Assembly: GCA_038224265.1 (NCBI GenBank)
Contig: JBBRFN010000001.1
Coordinates: 2,024 to 66,023 of the forward strand
Length of the DNA: 64,000 bases
Origin: Lysobacterales bacterium
Lineage (GTDB): Bacteria; Pseudomonadota; Gammaproteobacteria; Xanthomonadales; Ahniellaceae
Direction of reading: 5' to 3'
The position numbers and the translations under genes were made by a program. Below are positions 8,665 through 17,704 of this stretch, piece after piece. Position 1 is the first letter of the stretch, and each line of letters starts with the position of its first letter. The notes beneath the pieces are model-generated. The model made no database searches and had not been told where the DNA came from. It saw only the letters and a program-made list of their open reading frames with translations.

Positions 8665-10802
8665 GCGCGAAACGCTCCACAATCGTTGAGCAGCGTTGCG
8701 AAATGTGCGCGCAAGGCGGCAAGTGCTGCCGACCCGCCGAGCAGATCCGGCAGCCGCGTGCCGACGCGCTGCGCGATCTGCGCCCGCAGTGCGGGCTGCT
8801 TGGCGACCTGCAGCGCCATGCGCACCTGGGCCGCTGCATCGGTGCATGCCAGTTCATCGAGTTCCAGCGCCTTGAGCATCGCCATGCTTTGGCGGCCGCG
8901 CATCATGCGGCCGGGCACGGTGACTACCGGCAGGCCGGCGACCAGCGCATCGATGGTGGTGTTGCCGCCGGACCAGTGCGGGGTATCGACCATCACATCG
9001 CATGCCGCACACACTTCGAGAAATCGCGAGCGCGGCACCATCGGGATGAAGCGCAGTTGGCGATCAGGGCAGGCACCGGCAGCGAAAAGCGCCGTTCGCA
9101 GGCGTTCGCGCAGCATTGCCATGCTGCGTGGGCGTTCACTGGCGAACAGCACGACCACGCCTTCGGGGTCTGCGGCAGTGAGCGCGGCGAGCACCGCGTC
9201 GGTGTCTGGATGCAGCTTGTAAGGCGCTTGCGGAACGAGATAGAGGCGACCCGCCGGTAGTCCCAATTCCGCGCGCGTCCGCGGTACGGGCGGCGTCGGT
9301 TGGGCATACGAGGTACCAATGCCCGGCAGCAGCAGGAGCCGCTCCGTGTAGTGCCGCGCGGCATCCGGCGGCTCCATCTCCGCACAGCTGAGAAAGGCGT
9401 CGATGCGATCGTTGCCGCTGGTGGATGGATGGCCCCAGGCCATCGCCTGGCAGCGTGCCAGCGACAGCGACGCGAGCGCGACGATGCGCCCGTCTACACC
9501 CAGATCGGGCAGCACCAGCAGGTCGAGATCGGCATCACGCAGCGTCTGCGCCAGCTTCGCCAGCGGTCCATCGAGCCGTACCAGCCGAGTTGCCGTGCGC
9601 CCGATGCGATCCGTGAAGTCATCGAAGGCCGGTGCGAGCTGAAACACCGTGGTGTCGTAGCCCGCGCTGCTCGCCGCGCCCACCCAGCTGCCGAAATAGG
9701 AGCCTACCGTGCTGTAGCGGAACGCCGAGGACAGAAAGCCGACTCGCGGCGCACCTAGCTTGCGCTGCCCGAGCGGTTCGCGCAGGCGTGGCGAGAAGAC
9801 GTCGAGGCAGCGCCCCACGAACTGTGCGTACTTGCGCTGCAGTTCGACGTCGTTTTCGCCTTGGTAGGCGAGAAGGAGGTTTGTCCACTCGAGCTGTTCG
9901 AGCTGCGGCTGCATGCGTGCGATCGCAGCCGGCGAGTACTCATCGAGCAGCGCGTCGATGCCCTGCGAATAGATTGCCCGCTGCTCGTGCAGCGCGTCCA
10001 GGCTCGGATACACCTGCGGCAGCGCCAATCGCTGCGCAATGCGCAGGCGCAATCCCTGTGCGCTGTCGGGCATGCCTGCGAGGTGCGCGAATGCGGCGCG
10101 GGCAGACATCGCGTCGGAGCCTTCGGCCAACCGGAAAGCAATCCCAAGGCCACGCTCGATGTCGATCGGACTCGCGATGGCTTGAACCGCCGACAGTGCG
10201 CCGGCTGCATCGCCAACATCGGCGCGCGCCAGCGCCAGACGCAGTGCATCGATGCCGGGCAGTGCGGCCAGCCGTTGAAGTGCCGCACGGCCGCGCTGCG
10301 GGTCGGTTGCATCGTCGCTGGCGATCTGCGCTTCGGCCAGCAGCACGGCCGCGCCGCTGTCGTCCGGGCGCAGTGCGCACAGTCGCTGCAAATCGGGCAT
10401 TGCGCGCGCGCTTTGCGCGGCATCCAGTGCCAGCCTGGCGCGATTGAACAGCGCTTCAGGATTGTCCGGCCACACCGCGAGTGCACGGGTGAAGCTGCGC
10501 AATGCCTCGGTAGCCTCGCCCGCGCGCTGCTGGCGCGAGCCGAGGTTGTTGTGCGCGGTCGACAGCAGGCGGGTGAACTGCGGATTGCCCGGATGCGCGC
10601 GCAGCAGCGATTCCAACCACGGCACGGCCAGCGCGAGCTGCTCGCAGCGCAGCGCGCTGTTGACTGCCAGCACCAGTGCCTCGACCGAATCCGGCATGCA
10701 AGCCACAGCGCGCTGAGCCGCATCGAGCGCGCCGGCATAGTCGCCGGATGCGAATGCCGTGCGGGCCTGCGCCAGGGATTGCTGGTGGTCTTGCGGACGC
10801 AT
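8661..10802 (-). CDS. TPR repeat / GT41 (O-GlcNAc-transferase-like) glycosyltransferase, paralogue b
   Basis: Same architecture as paralogue a (GFLSSAF, SLARCQAMAWGHPSTSG, YKLHPD, DTPHWSGGNTTIDAL). ATG 10802 lies 4 nt after the stop of paralogue c. Confidence 0.82.
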   Translation of the reverse strand: MRPQDHQQSLAQARTAFASGDYAGALDAAQRAVACMPDSVEALVLAVNSALRCEQLALAVPWLESLLRAHPGNPQFTRLLSTAHNNLGSRQQRAGEATEALRSFTRALAVWPDNPEALFNRARLALDAAQSARAMPDLQRLCALRPDDSGAAVLLAEAQIASDDATDPQRGRAALQRLAALPGIDALRLALARADVGDAAGALSAVQAIASPIDIERGLGIAFRLAEGSDAMSARAAFAHLAGMPDSAQGLRLRIAQRLALPQVYPSLDALHEQRAIYSQGIDALLDEYSPAAIARMQPQLEQLEWTNLLLAYQGENDVELQRKYAQFVGRCLDVFSPRLREPLGQRKLGAPRVGFLSSAFRYSTVGSYFGSWVGAASSAGYDTTVFQLAPAFDDFTDRIGRTATRLVRLDGPLAKLAQTLRDADLDLLVLPDLGVDGRIVALASLSLARCQAMAWGHPSTSGNDRIDAFLSCAEMEPPDAARHYTERLLLLPGIGTSYAQPTPPVPRTRAELGLPAGRLYLVPQAPYKLHPDTDAVLAALTAADPEGVVVLFASERPRSMAMLRERLRTALFAAGACPDRQLRFIPMVPRSRFLEVCAACDVMVDTPHWSGGNTTIDALVAGLPVVTVPGRMMRGRQSMAMLKALELDELACTDAAAQVRMALQVAKQPALRAQIAQRVGTRLPDLLGGSAALAALRAHFATLLNDCGAFRA

Positions 10803-10806
10803 GCGC

Positions 10807-12939
10807 TCAGTGGGCCGCCGGCAGTTCCAGCAGGGTTTCCAGGTGGGTCTGCAATGCACACAGCGCGTCGCGACCGTCGAGCATTGTATCGATGCCGGCG
10901 CCGATCCGCGCGCGCAGCGCGCGCCGGTAGTCGTCGTCGCCCGCGACTGCGAGTGCCTGCATTACCTGCGCTGCAGGCTCGCTGCACACCAGTTCGGCAA
11001 TGCCAAGGCGCTCGAGCATCGCCGCGCTCTGGCGGCCACGCATCAAGGTGCCGGGCAGCGCCACTACGGGCAGTCCGCTGAGCAGGGCGTCGATGGTGGT
11101 GTTGCCGCCGGACCAATGCGGCGTGTCGACCATCACGCTGCTGGCCGCGCAGATCGCGAGGAATCGCGGCCTGTCGGTCATCGGCAGGAAGCGCAGCTGG
11201 CGCTGTGGATCGGCGCCGGCAGCGCGCAGCGCACTTGCCAGTCGGGCACGCAGCAGACGCGTAGTGCCGGGTCGTTCACCCTGGAACAGCACGATGCTGC
11301 CGTCCGCATCGCTGGCCGCGATTGCAGCCAACACCGGGTCGCTGTCGGGATGCACCTTGGATGGCGATTGCGGCACCAGATAGCAGCGACCTGCTGGCAG
11401 GCCCAGTGCTTCGCGCGCAATCGGTGGCGCCGGCGTCGGACGCAGATAGTCGGTGCCGATCCCCGGCAGGGTGAGCAGGCGTTCGGCGTAGTGCGCTGGT
11501 GCCTGCGTCGGCTCCATCGCCGCACAGCTGAACATCGCATCGATCGTCGACAGGCCGAAAGTCGACGGATGACCCCAGGCCATGGCCTGGCGTGGCGCCA
11601 GGCGAAGGGCTGCGAGCACGCTGATCCTGCCGTCCACGCCCAGATCGGGATAGATCAGCAGGTCCAGCGATTGTGCGCGGATCTGTTGCGCCAACTCGCG
11701 CAGCGAGCCCTGCGGGCGCAGCAAGCGGCTGGCGCTGGCGCCGATGCGCTCGGTGGTCGCATCCCACGCCGGTGGCAGCTGCACCACCACCGTTTCATGG
11801 CCGGCGCGGGTCGTCGACTCGACCCAGCGCGCAAAATATGCGCCGATCGTGGAGTTGCGGAATGCCGCCGATACGAAGCCGATCCTGCGCCGTGCGCTGC
11901 CGGAACCGCGAGGTCGCTCGCGCAGTTCGGGTGCGAAGACCTGCGCCCCGCGTTCGAGCAGGCCGGCGTAGCGCGTCGCCAGCGCGCGGTCGTCGTGGCC
12001 CTGGTAGGCCAGCAGCTGGTTCGACCATGCCAGTTGTTCGAGGATCGGATCGGTCGCCCCGAGCGCTGCTGCGCTGAAGGCTTCCTCGAGTGCATCCAGT
12101 CCAGCGCCGAATCCCTCGCGTGCGCCGACCATCGCGGGCGCATCGACATATACCTGCGGCAGGCTCAGCTGTGCGGCAATCCGCGCATACAGACCGGGCG
12201 CGCGGCGACCGGCCAGCTTTGCGACATGCGCGTAGACTTCGCGCGCGGCCGCTGCGGCGGAGTTGTCGGCCAATCGACACGCGACGTCGGCGATGGCGAG
12301 TAGTCGGGTCGCGGCCGACTGCTGCAGCGCAAGCGCCAACGCGGCATCGCTCGCGCCGCCATCGGCCATTGCGAGCGCGGTGCGCAACGGCTCGACCGCG
12401 CGCAGGCCTTCGGGGCCCACGGCGGCGAGCAGCTCGGCTTGCGGATCATCCGCGCCGAGCGCGATACGCGTTTCGGCCCGCAACAATGCCACGGCAGGGT
12501 CGCGCGGACGCAGGATCAGCAGCCGCTCGAGATCGACCAGCGCGCGAGCCTGCTGGCGCGCGTCGATCGCAAGCCGCGCGCGATTGAACAGCGCCTCGGG
12601 GTTGTCCGGCCACAGCAACAGCGCCTGCGCGAATCCCGCCGAGGCGCCGCTCAGGTCGCCGGCCTGCAAGCGGCGCGTGCCGAGGTTGTTGTGGGTGATC
12701 GACAGCAGGCGGGTGAATTGCGCCTGCTGCGGTTCTGCCGCGTGCAGCTGTTCGAGCCAGCCGCAAGCGCGCTCGAGATTGCCTGCCCGCAACGCGGCGT
12801 TGACGCCGATGGCCAGCAGTTCGAGCGTCGCCGGTTGCGCGGTCGACACACTGTCAAGCTCGCGCAGTACCGCGGCATCATCGCCACGCGCGAACGCATC
12901 GCGCGCGCGCCGCTGGGCATCGGTCGAGGACGTGAGCAC
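10807..12939 (-). CDS. TPR repeat / GT41 (O-GlcNAc-transferase-like) glycosyltransferase, paralogue c
   Basis: Same architecture (GFVSAAF, LRLAPRQAMAWGHPSTFG, SKVHPD, DTPHWSGGNTTIDAL). The GTG start at 12939 lies 16 nt after the liuE stop. Confidence 0.82.
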   Translation of the reverse strand: MLTSSTDAQRRARDAFARGDDAAVLRELDSVSTAQPATLELLAIGVNAALRAGNLERACGWLEQLHAAEPQQAQFTRLLSITHNNLGTRRLQAGDLSGASAGFAQALLLWPDNPEALFNRARLAIDARQQARALVDLERLLILRPRDPAVALLRAETRIALGADDPQAELLAAVGPEGLRAVEPLRTALAMADGGASDAALALALQQSAATRLLAIADVACRLADNSAAAAAREVYAHVAKLAGRRAPGLYARIAAQLSLPQVYVDAPAMVGAREGFGAGLDALEEAFSAAALGATDPILEQLAWSNQLLAYQGHDDRALATRYAGLLERGAQVFAPELRERPRGSGSARRRIGFVSAAFRNSTIGAYFARWVESTTRAGHETVVVQLPPAWDATTERIGASASRLLRPQGSLRELAQQIRAQSLDLLIYPDLGVDGRISVLAALRLAPRQAMAWGHPSTFGLSTIDAMFSCAAMEPTQAPAHYAERLLTLPGIGTDYLRPTPAPPIAREALGLPAGRCYLVPQSPSKVHPDSDPVLAAIAASDADGSIVLFQGERPGTTRLLRARLASALRAAGADPQRQLRFLPMTDRPRFLAICAASSVMVDTPHWSGGNTTIDALLSGLPVVALPGTLMRGRQSAAMLERLGIAELVCSEPAAQVMQALAVAGDDDYRRALRARIGAGIDTMLDGRDALCALQTHLETLLELPAAH

Positions 12940-12955
12940 AGGTATGCAGCGCCAA

Positions 12956-13843
12956 TCAGGCCGCGGCGCGACCGACCCGCGATTGCGTAGTGCGGCCGAG
13001 CAGGGTGCTGATCCAGACCCCGGTTTCGACCAGGCGCGTCAGGTCGATACCGGTGCGCAAGCCCATGCCCTCGAGCATGTACACCACGTCTTCGGTCGCC
13101 ACGTTGCCGCTCGCACCTGGCGCATACGGGCAGCCACCAAGCCCCGCCACCGAAGCGTCGACCACCCGCACGCCGGCGTCCACGCAGGCGTAGATATTGG
13201 CCAATGCCTGGCCACGGGTATCGTGGAAGTGCACCGCAAGCCGTGCCATCGGAACCGCCGCGGCGACCGCAAGCAGCATCGTCCGCGCCCGCGATGGGGT
13301 ACCCACGCCGATGGTGTCGCCGAGCGAGACCTCATAGCAGCCGGCCGCGTGCAGGATGCTGCTGATCCGCACCACTTCGTCGAGCGCCACATCGCCCTGG
13401 TAGGGGCATCCGAGCACGGTCGACACATAGCCGCGCACGGCGACGCCATCGACGCGGGCGCGCTCGATCACCGGCAGGAAGCGCGCGATCGACTCGTCGA
13501 TGCCGGCATTGATGTTTTTACGATTGAAGGCCTCCGAGGCGGCGGTGAAAACCGCAACCTCACGCGCGCCGGCAGCCAGCGCGCGCTCATAGCCGAGCAA
13601 GTTGGGCACCAGCACCGGGTAGCGCACGCCGGGCCGCTGGCGGATGCCTGCGAACACCTCGGCGGCATCGGCCAGCTGCGGCACCCACTTGGGCGATACG
13701 AAACTGGTCGCCTCGATGGTGCCCAGGCCGGCATCGGCGAGGCGTTCGATCAGTTCGATCTTCGTCGCGACCGCGACGATGGTCTTTTCGTTCTGCAGGC
13801 CATCGCGTGGGCCTACCTCGACCACGCGAACCGCGACGGTCAC
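12956..13843 (-). CDS. liuE: hydroxymethylglutaryl-CoA lyase
   Basis: The 295-aa product has EVGPRDGLQNE, the SFVSPKWVPQ motif, HFHDTRG and GLGGCPYAPGASGN. Its GTG start overlaps the upstream stop (GTGA). Confidence 0.95.
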   Translation of the reverse strand: MTVAVRVVEVGPRDGLQNEKTIVAVATKIELIERLADAGLGTIEATSFVSPKWVPQLADAAEVFAGIRQRPGVRYPVLVPNLLGYERALAAGAREVAVFTAASEAFNRKNINAGIDESIARFLPVIERARVDGVAVRGYVSTVLGCPYQGDVALDEVVRISSILHAAGCYEVSLGDTIGVGTPSRARTMLLAVAAAVPMARLAVHFHDTRGQALANIYACVDAGVRVVDASVAGLGGCPYAPGASGNVATEDVVYMLEGMGLRTGIDLTRLVETGVWISTLLGRTTQSRVGRAAA

Positions 13844-14511
13844 CGGTCGGCCTCGGCCCGCGCGCGCAGGCGGGGCGGCAGATCGGCAGTGGCGACCCGC
13901 TGCAGTTGCAGCGGCTCGGCCTTGCGGAACAACCAGCGCTCGGCCAGCAGTTGGCGCGCGCCCGCGGCATCCAGCAGCACGACGTTCTTCAGCCCATCTT
14001 CGGTCTTGCTGACTTCGCCCTCGACCTTGTTGTCGATGATCATTTTCGCCAGCGCTGCATGGTCGACCGCGCGCAGCACGATGCGATCGCGCGCAGCCTC
14101 GATGCGGAACACGTGAAAGCCGTCGCGCTGGTCGCCGTGCGCGGGCTTTCCGTCGTCCTCGCCGGCCGCACGGTGGTACTCATTGTCGGTCAAGGTGGCA
14201 TAGCTGACGCCGTCGATCCGACCGATGCTCGGCGCCAGCGCGATCTGCGTCGGCTGCGCGGATTCATCCAGCGTGCTGCTGCCCTCGCCGGCGCGCGGCG
14301 CGCGCAGCAGGCGCACATTGCATGTTTGGTCGATCAACAGGTAGTCCGGCGCCCCGCCGCCGTCATCGACGATCAGCCAGTTGCCGGCCAGCTGGGCTTC
14401 GCATACGCGCGCCTCGCCGAGCGGATCGACCACGAAGCGCGATTCATCGCAGGCGCTGAGCGCCGCCAGCAGCGGCAGGATCAGGATCATTCGCAGCACG
14501 GCCATGTTCAT
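13840..14511 (-). CDS. lipoprotein of unknown function embedded in the liu operon
   Basis: Start ATG 14511 (MNMAVLRMILILPLLAALSAC) gives a lipobox LSAC. The ATG overlaps the liuD stop (ATGA), and its own stop overlaps the liuE start. The rest of ORF 13840..15039 is an in-frame shadow over liuD. Confidence 0.72.
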   Translation of the reverse strand: MNMAVLRMILILPLLAALSACDESRFVVDPLGEARVCEAQLAGNWLIVDDGGGAPDYLLIDQTCNVRLLRAPRAGEGSSTLDESAQPTQIALAPSIGRIDGVSYATLTDNEYHRAAGEDDGKPAHGDQRDGFHVFRIEAARDRIVLRAVDHAALAKMIIDNKVEGEVSKTEDGLKNVVLLDAAGARQLLAERWLFRKAEPLQLQRVATADLPPRLRARAEADR

Positions 14512-16505
14512 TCCTCCACGTAGCGCACCAGCACCGCATCGGCCTCCACGAAATCGCCGGCTGCGGCACCGAGCGCGGCGATCGCACCCGCACGCGGCGC
14601 GCGCAGGGTGATTTCCATTTTCATCGCTTCCATCACCAGCAGTTCGTCGCCGGTGGCTACCTGCGCGCCAACGCGCGTGCGAACCTCCACGATCCGGCCC
14701 GGCATCGGCGCACTGACATTGCCGCGTCCGCTGTCGGCGGCCGGCTGCCAGGCGAAGGCGCGCAACCGCTCGAAACGCACTCTCCGCTCGCCGCTGTGCA
14801 GGCTGAACCCTGCGCCAGCCCGCAGCACCCTCAGACGCAGGATGCGGCTGTCGAGCGCAAGACTCAAGGTGCCGTCGATCAGACACGCATCGCCGGCCTG
14901 CGCACGAACGCCGCCGAGATCGAGCATGTAGGTGCCGGCGTGGCCGTGTGCGGCGATTTCGTAGCGCTCGGTGCGCCAGCCCAGTACTGCCAGCCTTTTC
15001 CCGGGATGCCCCAGACGCCAGCCATCGGCGATCGCCCACGGCGAGTGTGGATCGACACTGATGGCAGCGCGCTGCGCGGCGGCGGCCTCATCGTCGAGCA
15101 GAGCCACGCAGGCGGCAGCGAACAGCAGGTCCGGGTCGGGCGGCACTGCCTGCGGCAGCACATCGTCGAGGTGGCGATCCAGAAAGCCGGTGTCGATGTC
15201 GCCATCGATGATCGAGCGGTGACGCACCAGCCGCTCGAGGAACTCCACGTTGCTGCGCGGGCCGGCGATGTCGGTTTCCGCCAGCGCTGCGCGCAGGCGT
15301 GCCAGTGCCGCCGGGCGATCGACATCGTGCACGATGAGCTTGGCGATCATCGGGTCGTAGAAGATGCTGACCGTATCGCCTTCGATCACTCCTGCATCGA
15401 TGCGCACGTGCGCGCCTTGCGCTGGCAATGCCAGGCGTTCGAGGCGACCGCTGCCGGGCAGGAAGTTCTTCTCCGGGTCTTCCGCGTACAGCCGCACTTC
15501 GATCGCATGACCGTGTGCGCGCACCTCGGACTGGCGCAGCGGCAGCGGCTCACCGGCGGCGACCGCCAATTGCCACGCGACCAGGTCCAGGCCCAGCAGC
15601 TGTTCGGTGACCGGATGCTCGACCTGCAGGCGCGTATTGATCTCCATGAAGTAGAAATCGCCCGCCGGTCCGACGATGAACTCCACGGTGCCTGCGTTGA
15701 CATAGTCCAGCGCACGCCCCGCGGCCACTGCGGCCGCGCCCATCTGCGCGCGCAACGCATCGCCGAGGAACACCGATGGCGACTCCTCGAGCACCTTCTG
15801 GTAGCGCCGCTGCGCGGAGCACTCGCGCTCGTTGAGGTGGATCATATTGCCGTGGCGGTCGCCGAAGATCTGGATCTCGATATGCCGCGGGCGCTCGATG
15901 TAGCGTTCCAGCAGCACGCGGTCGCGGCCGAAGGCGCCGCGCGCTTCGCGCTGGCAGCTCACGAGGTTGGACTCGAAGCTTGCGGGATCGTGCACCACCC
16001 GCATGCCCTTGCCGCCACCGCCGTGCGCTGCCTTGATCATCAACGGATAGCCGATCCTTGCCGCCTCGCGGGCCAGCACTGCGGGGTCCTGATCCGCGCC
16101 GGTGTAGCCGGGAACCACCGGCACACCATGCGCGCTCATCAGGTCCTTGGCCCCGGCCTTGGAGCCCATGCGGCGCATCGAGTCGGCAGCCGGACCGACG
16201 AAGATCAGTCCCGCGCGCTCGACCTGTTCGGCAAAGTCGGCGTTCTCGCTCAGGAATCCGTAGCCGGGATGGATCGCCTGCGCGCCGCTGGCGAGCGCGG
16301 CTTGAATGATCGCATCGCCGCGCAGGTACGACTCGGCCGGACGCGGACCACCGATCGCCAGCGCCTCGTCGGCCATTCGCACATGCTGAGCACGCGCGTC
16401 GGCCTCGGAGTACACCGCTACCGTGCGTATGCCGAGCCGGCGCGCGGTGCGGATGATGCGGCAGGCGATCTCGCCGCGGTTGGCGATCAGCAGGGACGTG
16501 AGCAT
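14508..16505 (-). CDS. liuD: 3-methylcrotonyl-CoA carboxylase alpha subunit (biotin carboxylase plus biotinyl domain)
   Basis: The 665-aa product has a biotin carboxylase N-terminus (LLIANRGEIACRIIRT), an ATP-grasp region, and the C-terminal biotin attachment motif EAMKME. Confidence 0.93.
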   Translation of the reverse strand: MLTSLLIANRGEIACRIIRTARRLGIRTVAVYSEADARAQHVRMADEALAIGGPRPAESYLRGDAIIQAALASGAQAIHPGYGFLSENADFAEQVERAGLIFVGPAADSMRRMGSKAGAKDLMSAHGVPVVPGYTGADQDPAVLAREAARIGYPLMIKAAHGGGGKGMRVVHDPASFESNLVSCQREARGAFGRDRVLLERYIERPRHIEIQIFGDRHGNMIHLNERECSAQRRYQKVLEESPSVFLGDALRAQMGAAAVAAGRALDYVNAGTVEFIVGPAGDFYFMEINTRLQVEHPVTEQLLGLDLVAWQLAVAAGEPLPLRQSEVRAHGHAIEVRLYAEDPEKNFLPGSGRLERLALPAQGAHVRIDAGVIEGDTVSIFYDPMIAKLIVHDVDRPAALARLRAALAETDIAGPRSNVEFLERLVRHRSIIDGDIDTGFLDRHLDDVLPQAVPPDPDLLFAAACVALLDDEAAAAQRAAISVDPHSPWAIADGWRLGHPGKRLAVLGWRTERYEIAAHGHAGTYMLDLGGVRAQAGDACLIDGTLSLALDSRILRLRVLRAGAGFSLHSGERRVRFERLRAFAWQPAADSGRGNVSAPMPGRIVEVRTRVGAQVATGDELLVMEAMKMEITLRAPRAGAIAALGAAAGDFVEADAVLVRYVEE

Positions 16506-16555
16506 GCGCCGATTGTGCCGTGGAATGGGGTGCGAGCGTCAGCGTTGCGCGGTCA

Positions 16556-17338
16556 TCACCAGCGCGGTGGGCGCTTGTCCAGGAACGCACCGAGTCCGTC
16601 CTGGCCCTCGGCCGACACGCGCAGTCGTGCGATCAGTGCCGCATTCTGCGTATCGGCCTGCAGCTGCGATTCCGGCGTCATGCCGGCCGCACGCAATGCC
16701 AACAGCTTGGCCTCGCGCTGGGCAATCGGCCCGCCCTTGGCCAGAAAGTGCAGGGCGCGCTCGACTGCTGCATCCAGTTCCGTAGCAGGTGCCAGCTCAT
16801 GCAGCAGGCCGATGCGATGCGCCTCGGTGCCGTCGAAAACCTCGCCGCTGATGAACATGCGGCGCGCGTGACGTGCTCCGATGGCCGCAACCACATAGGG
16901 CGAGATCACTGCCGGGACCAGCCCGAGCTTCACCTCCGAGAGGGCGAATTTCGCCTCCGGTATGCCGATGGCATGGTCGCAGCAGGCGATCAGTCCCACT
17001 CCGCCGCCATAGGCCGAGCCGTTGACCCGCGCAATGCACGGCTTGGACAGGAAGTTGAGCGTGCGCATCAGCGCCGCCAGTCGCAGGGCATCGGCGGCGT
17101 TATCCACTTCATCAGCCTGCGCCATGCGCCGCATCCAGTGCAGGTCCGCACCGGCCGAAAAGGTGCCGCCATCGCCGGACAGCACGACGGCACGAATGCC
17201 GGGATCGCCATCCAGCGCCAGCAGCTGCGCCGTCAATTCGCTGATCAGCGCATCATCGAAGGCGTTGTGCACCGACGGGCGCGACAGATTCAGGCGCGCG
17301 ACACGATTATGGACTTCAAGGCGTACGGCAGGGCTCAT
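16556..17338 (-). CDS. liuC: enoyl-CoA hydratase family, methylglutaconyl-CoA hydratase by context
   Basis: ORF 16556..17449 with the start placed at ATG 17338 (MSPAVRLEVH). It shows the crotonase fold (FSAGADL, GGGVGL). Confidence 0.85.
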   Translation of the reverse strand: MSPAVRLEVHNRVARLNLSRPSVHNAFDDALISELTAQLLALDGDPGIRAVVLSGDGGTFSAGADLHWMRRMAQADEVDNAADALRLAALMRTLNFLSKPCIARVNGSAYGGGVGLIACCDHAIGIPEAKFALSEVKLGLVPAVISPYVVAAIGARHARRMFISGEVFDGTEAHRIGLLHELAPATELDAAVERALHFLAKGGPIAQREAKLLALRAAGMTPESQLQADTQNAALIARLRVSAEGQDGLGAFLDKRPPRW

Positions 17339-17428
17339 CTTGGGCTCCGTTGCAGCGCGCGGATGATAGCCGGGGCACCGCGGCTGGCGTTCGTTGATCG
17401 GAGTCATGTTGCGCGCCCGCAAAAGGCG

Positions 17429-17450
17429 TACAATGCGAACCATTCGCATT
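17429..17450 (+). promoter_or_regulatory. candidate feoA promoter -10 (TACAAT) overlapped by a 19-bp palindrome AATGCGAA-CCA-TTCGCATT
   Basis: TACAAT lies at 17429-17434. Perfect 8-bp arms span 17432-17450, about 12 nt upstream of the feoA ATG. The position is typical of a Fur operator, but the match to the classical Fur box is weak. Confidence 0.35.
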
Positions 17451-17461
17451 CAGGGTCTCGC

Positions 17462-17704
17462 ATGAAGCTCTGCGATCTGGTGGTAGGACAAAGCGGCACG
17501 GTGCGCACGGTCGACGATCACTCGCCCGCGGACGCCATTGCACGCCGCTTGCGCGACCTCGGATTCGTCAGCGGAGAGTCCGTGCGTCTGGTCGCACGCG
17601 GCCCGATCGGGCGCGAGCCATTGCTGGTGCAGGTCGGCTTTACCCGCTTCGCGCTGCGCATCGCCGAGGCTGGCCGGGTTCGTATCGATCTGAGCCCGGC
17701 ATGA
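17462..17704 (+). CDS. feoA: ferrous iron transport protein A
   Basis: The 80-aa product (MKLCDLVVGQSGTVRTV...) has an SH3-like FeoA pattern. Its stop overlaps the feoB ATG (ATGA). Confidence 0.9.
   Translation: MKLCDLVVGQSGTVRTVDDHSPADAIARRLRDLGFVSGESVRLVARGPIGREPLLVQVGFTRFALRIAEAGRVRIDLSPA

Noticed and set aside
6616-14116. Series of long plus-strand ORFs (6616..9222, 9861..11081, 10759..12303, 12263..14116) opposite the GT41 array and liuE
   Set aside because: All are antisense to genes with strong family signatures and have shadow-type composition. The same applies to 14796..16871, 32779..34980, 36595..38133 and 56847..59312.
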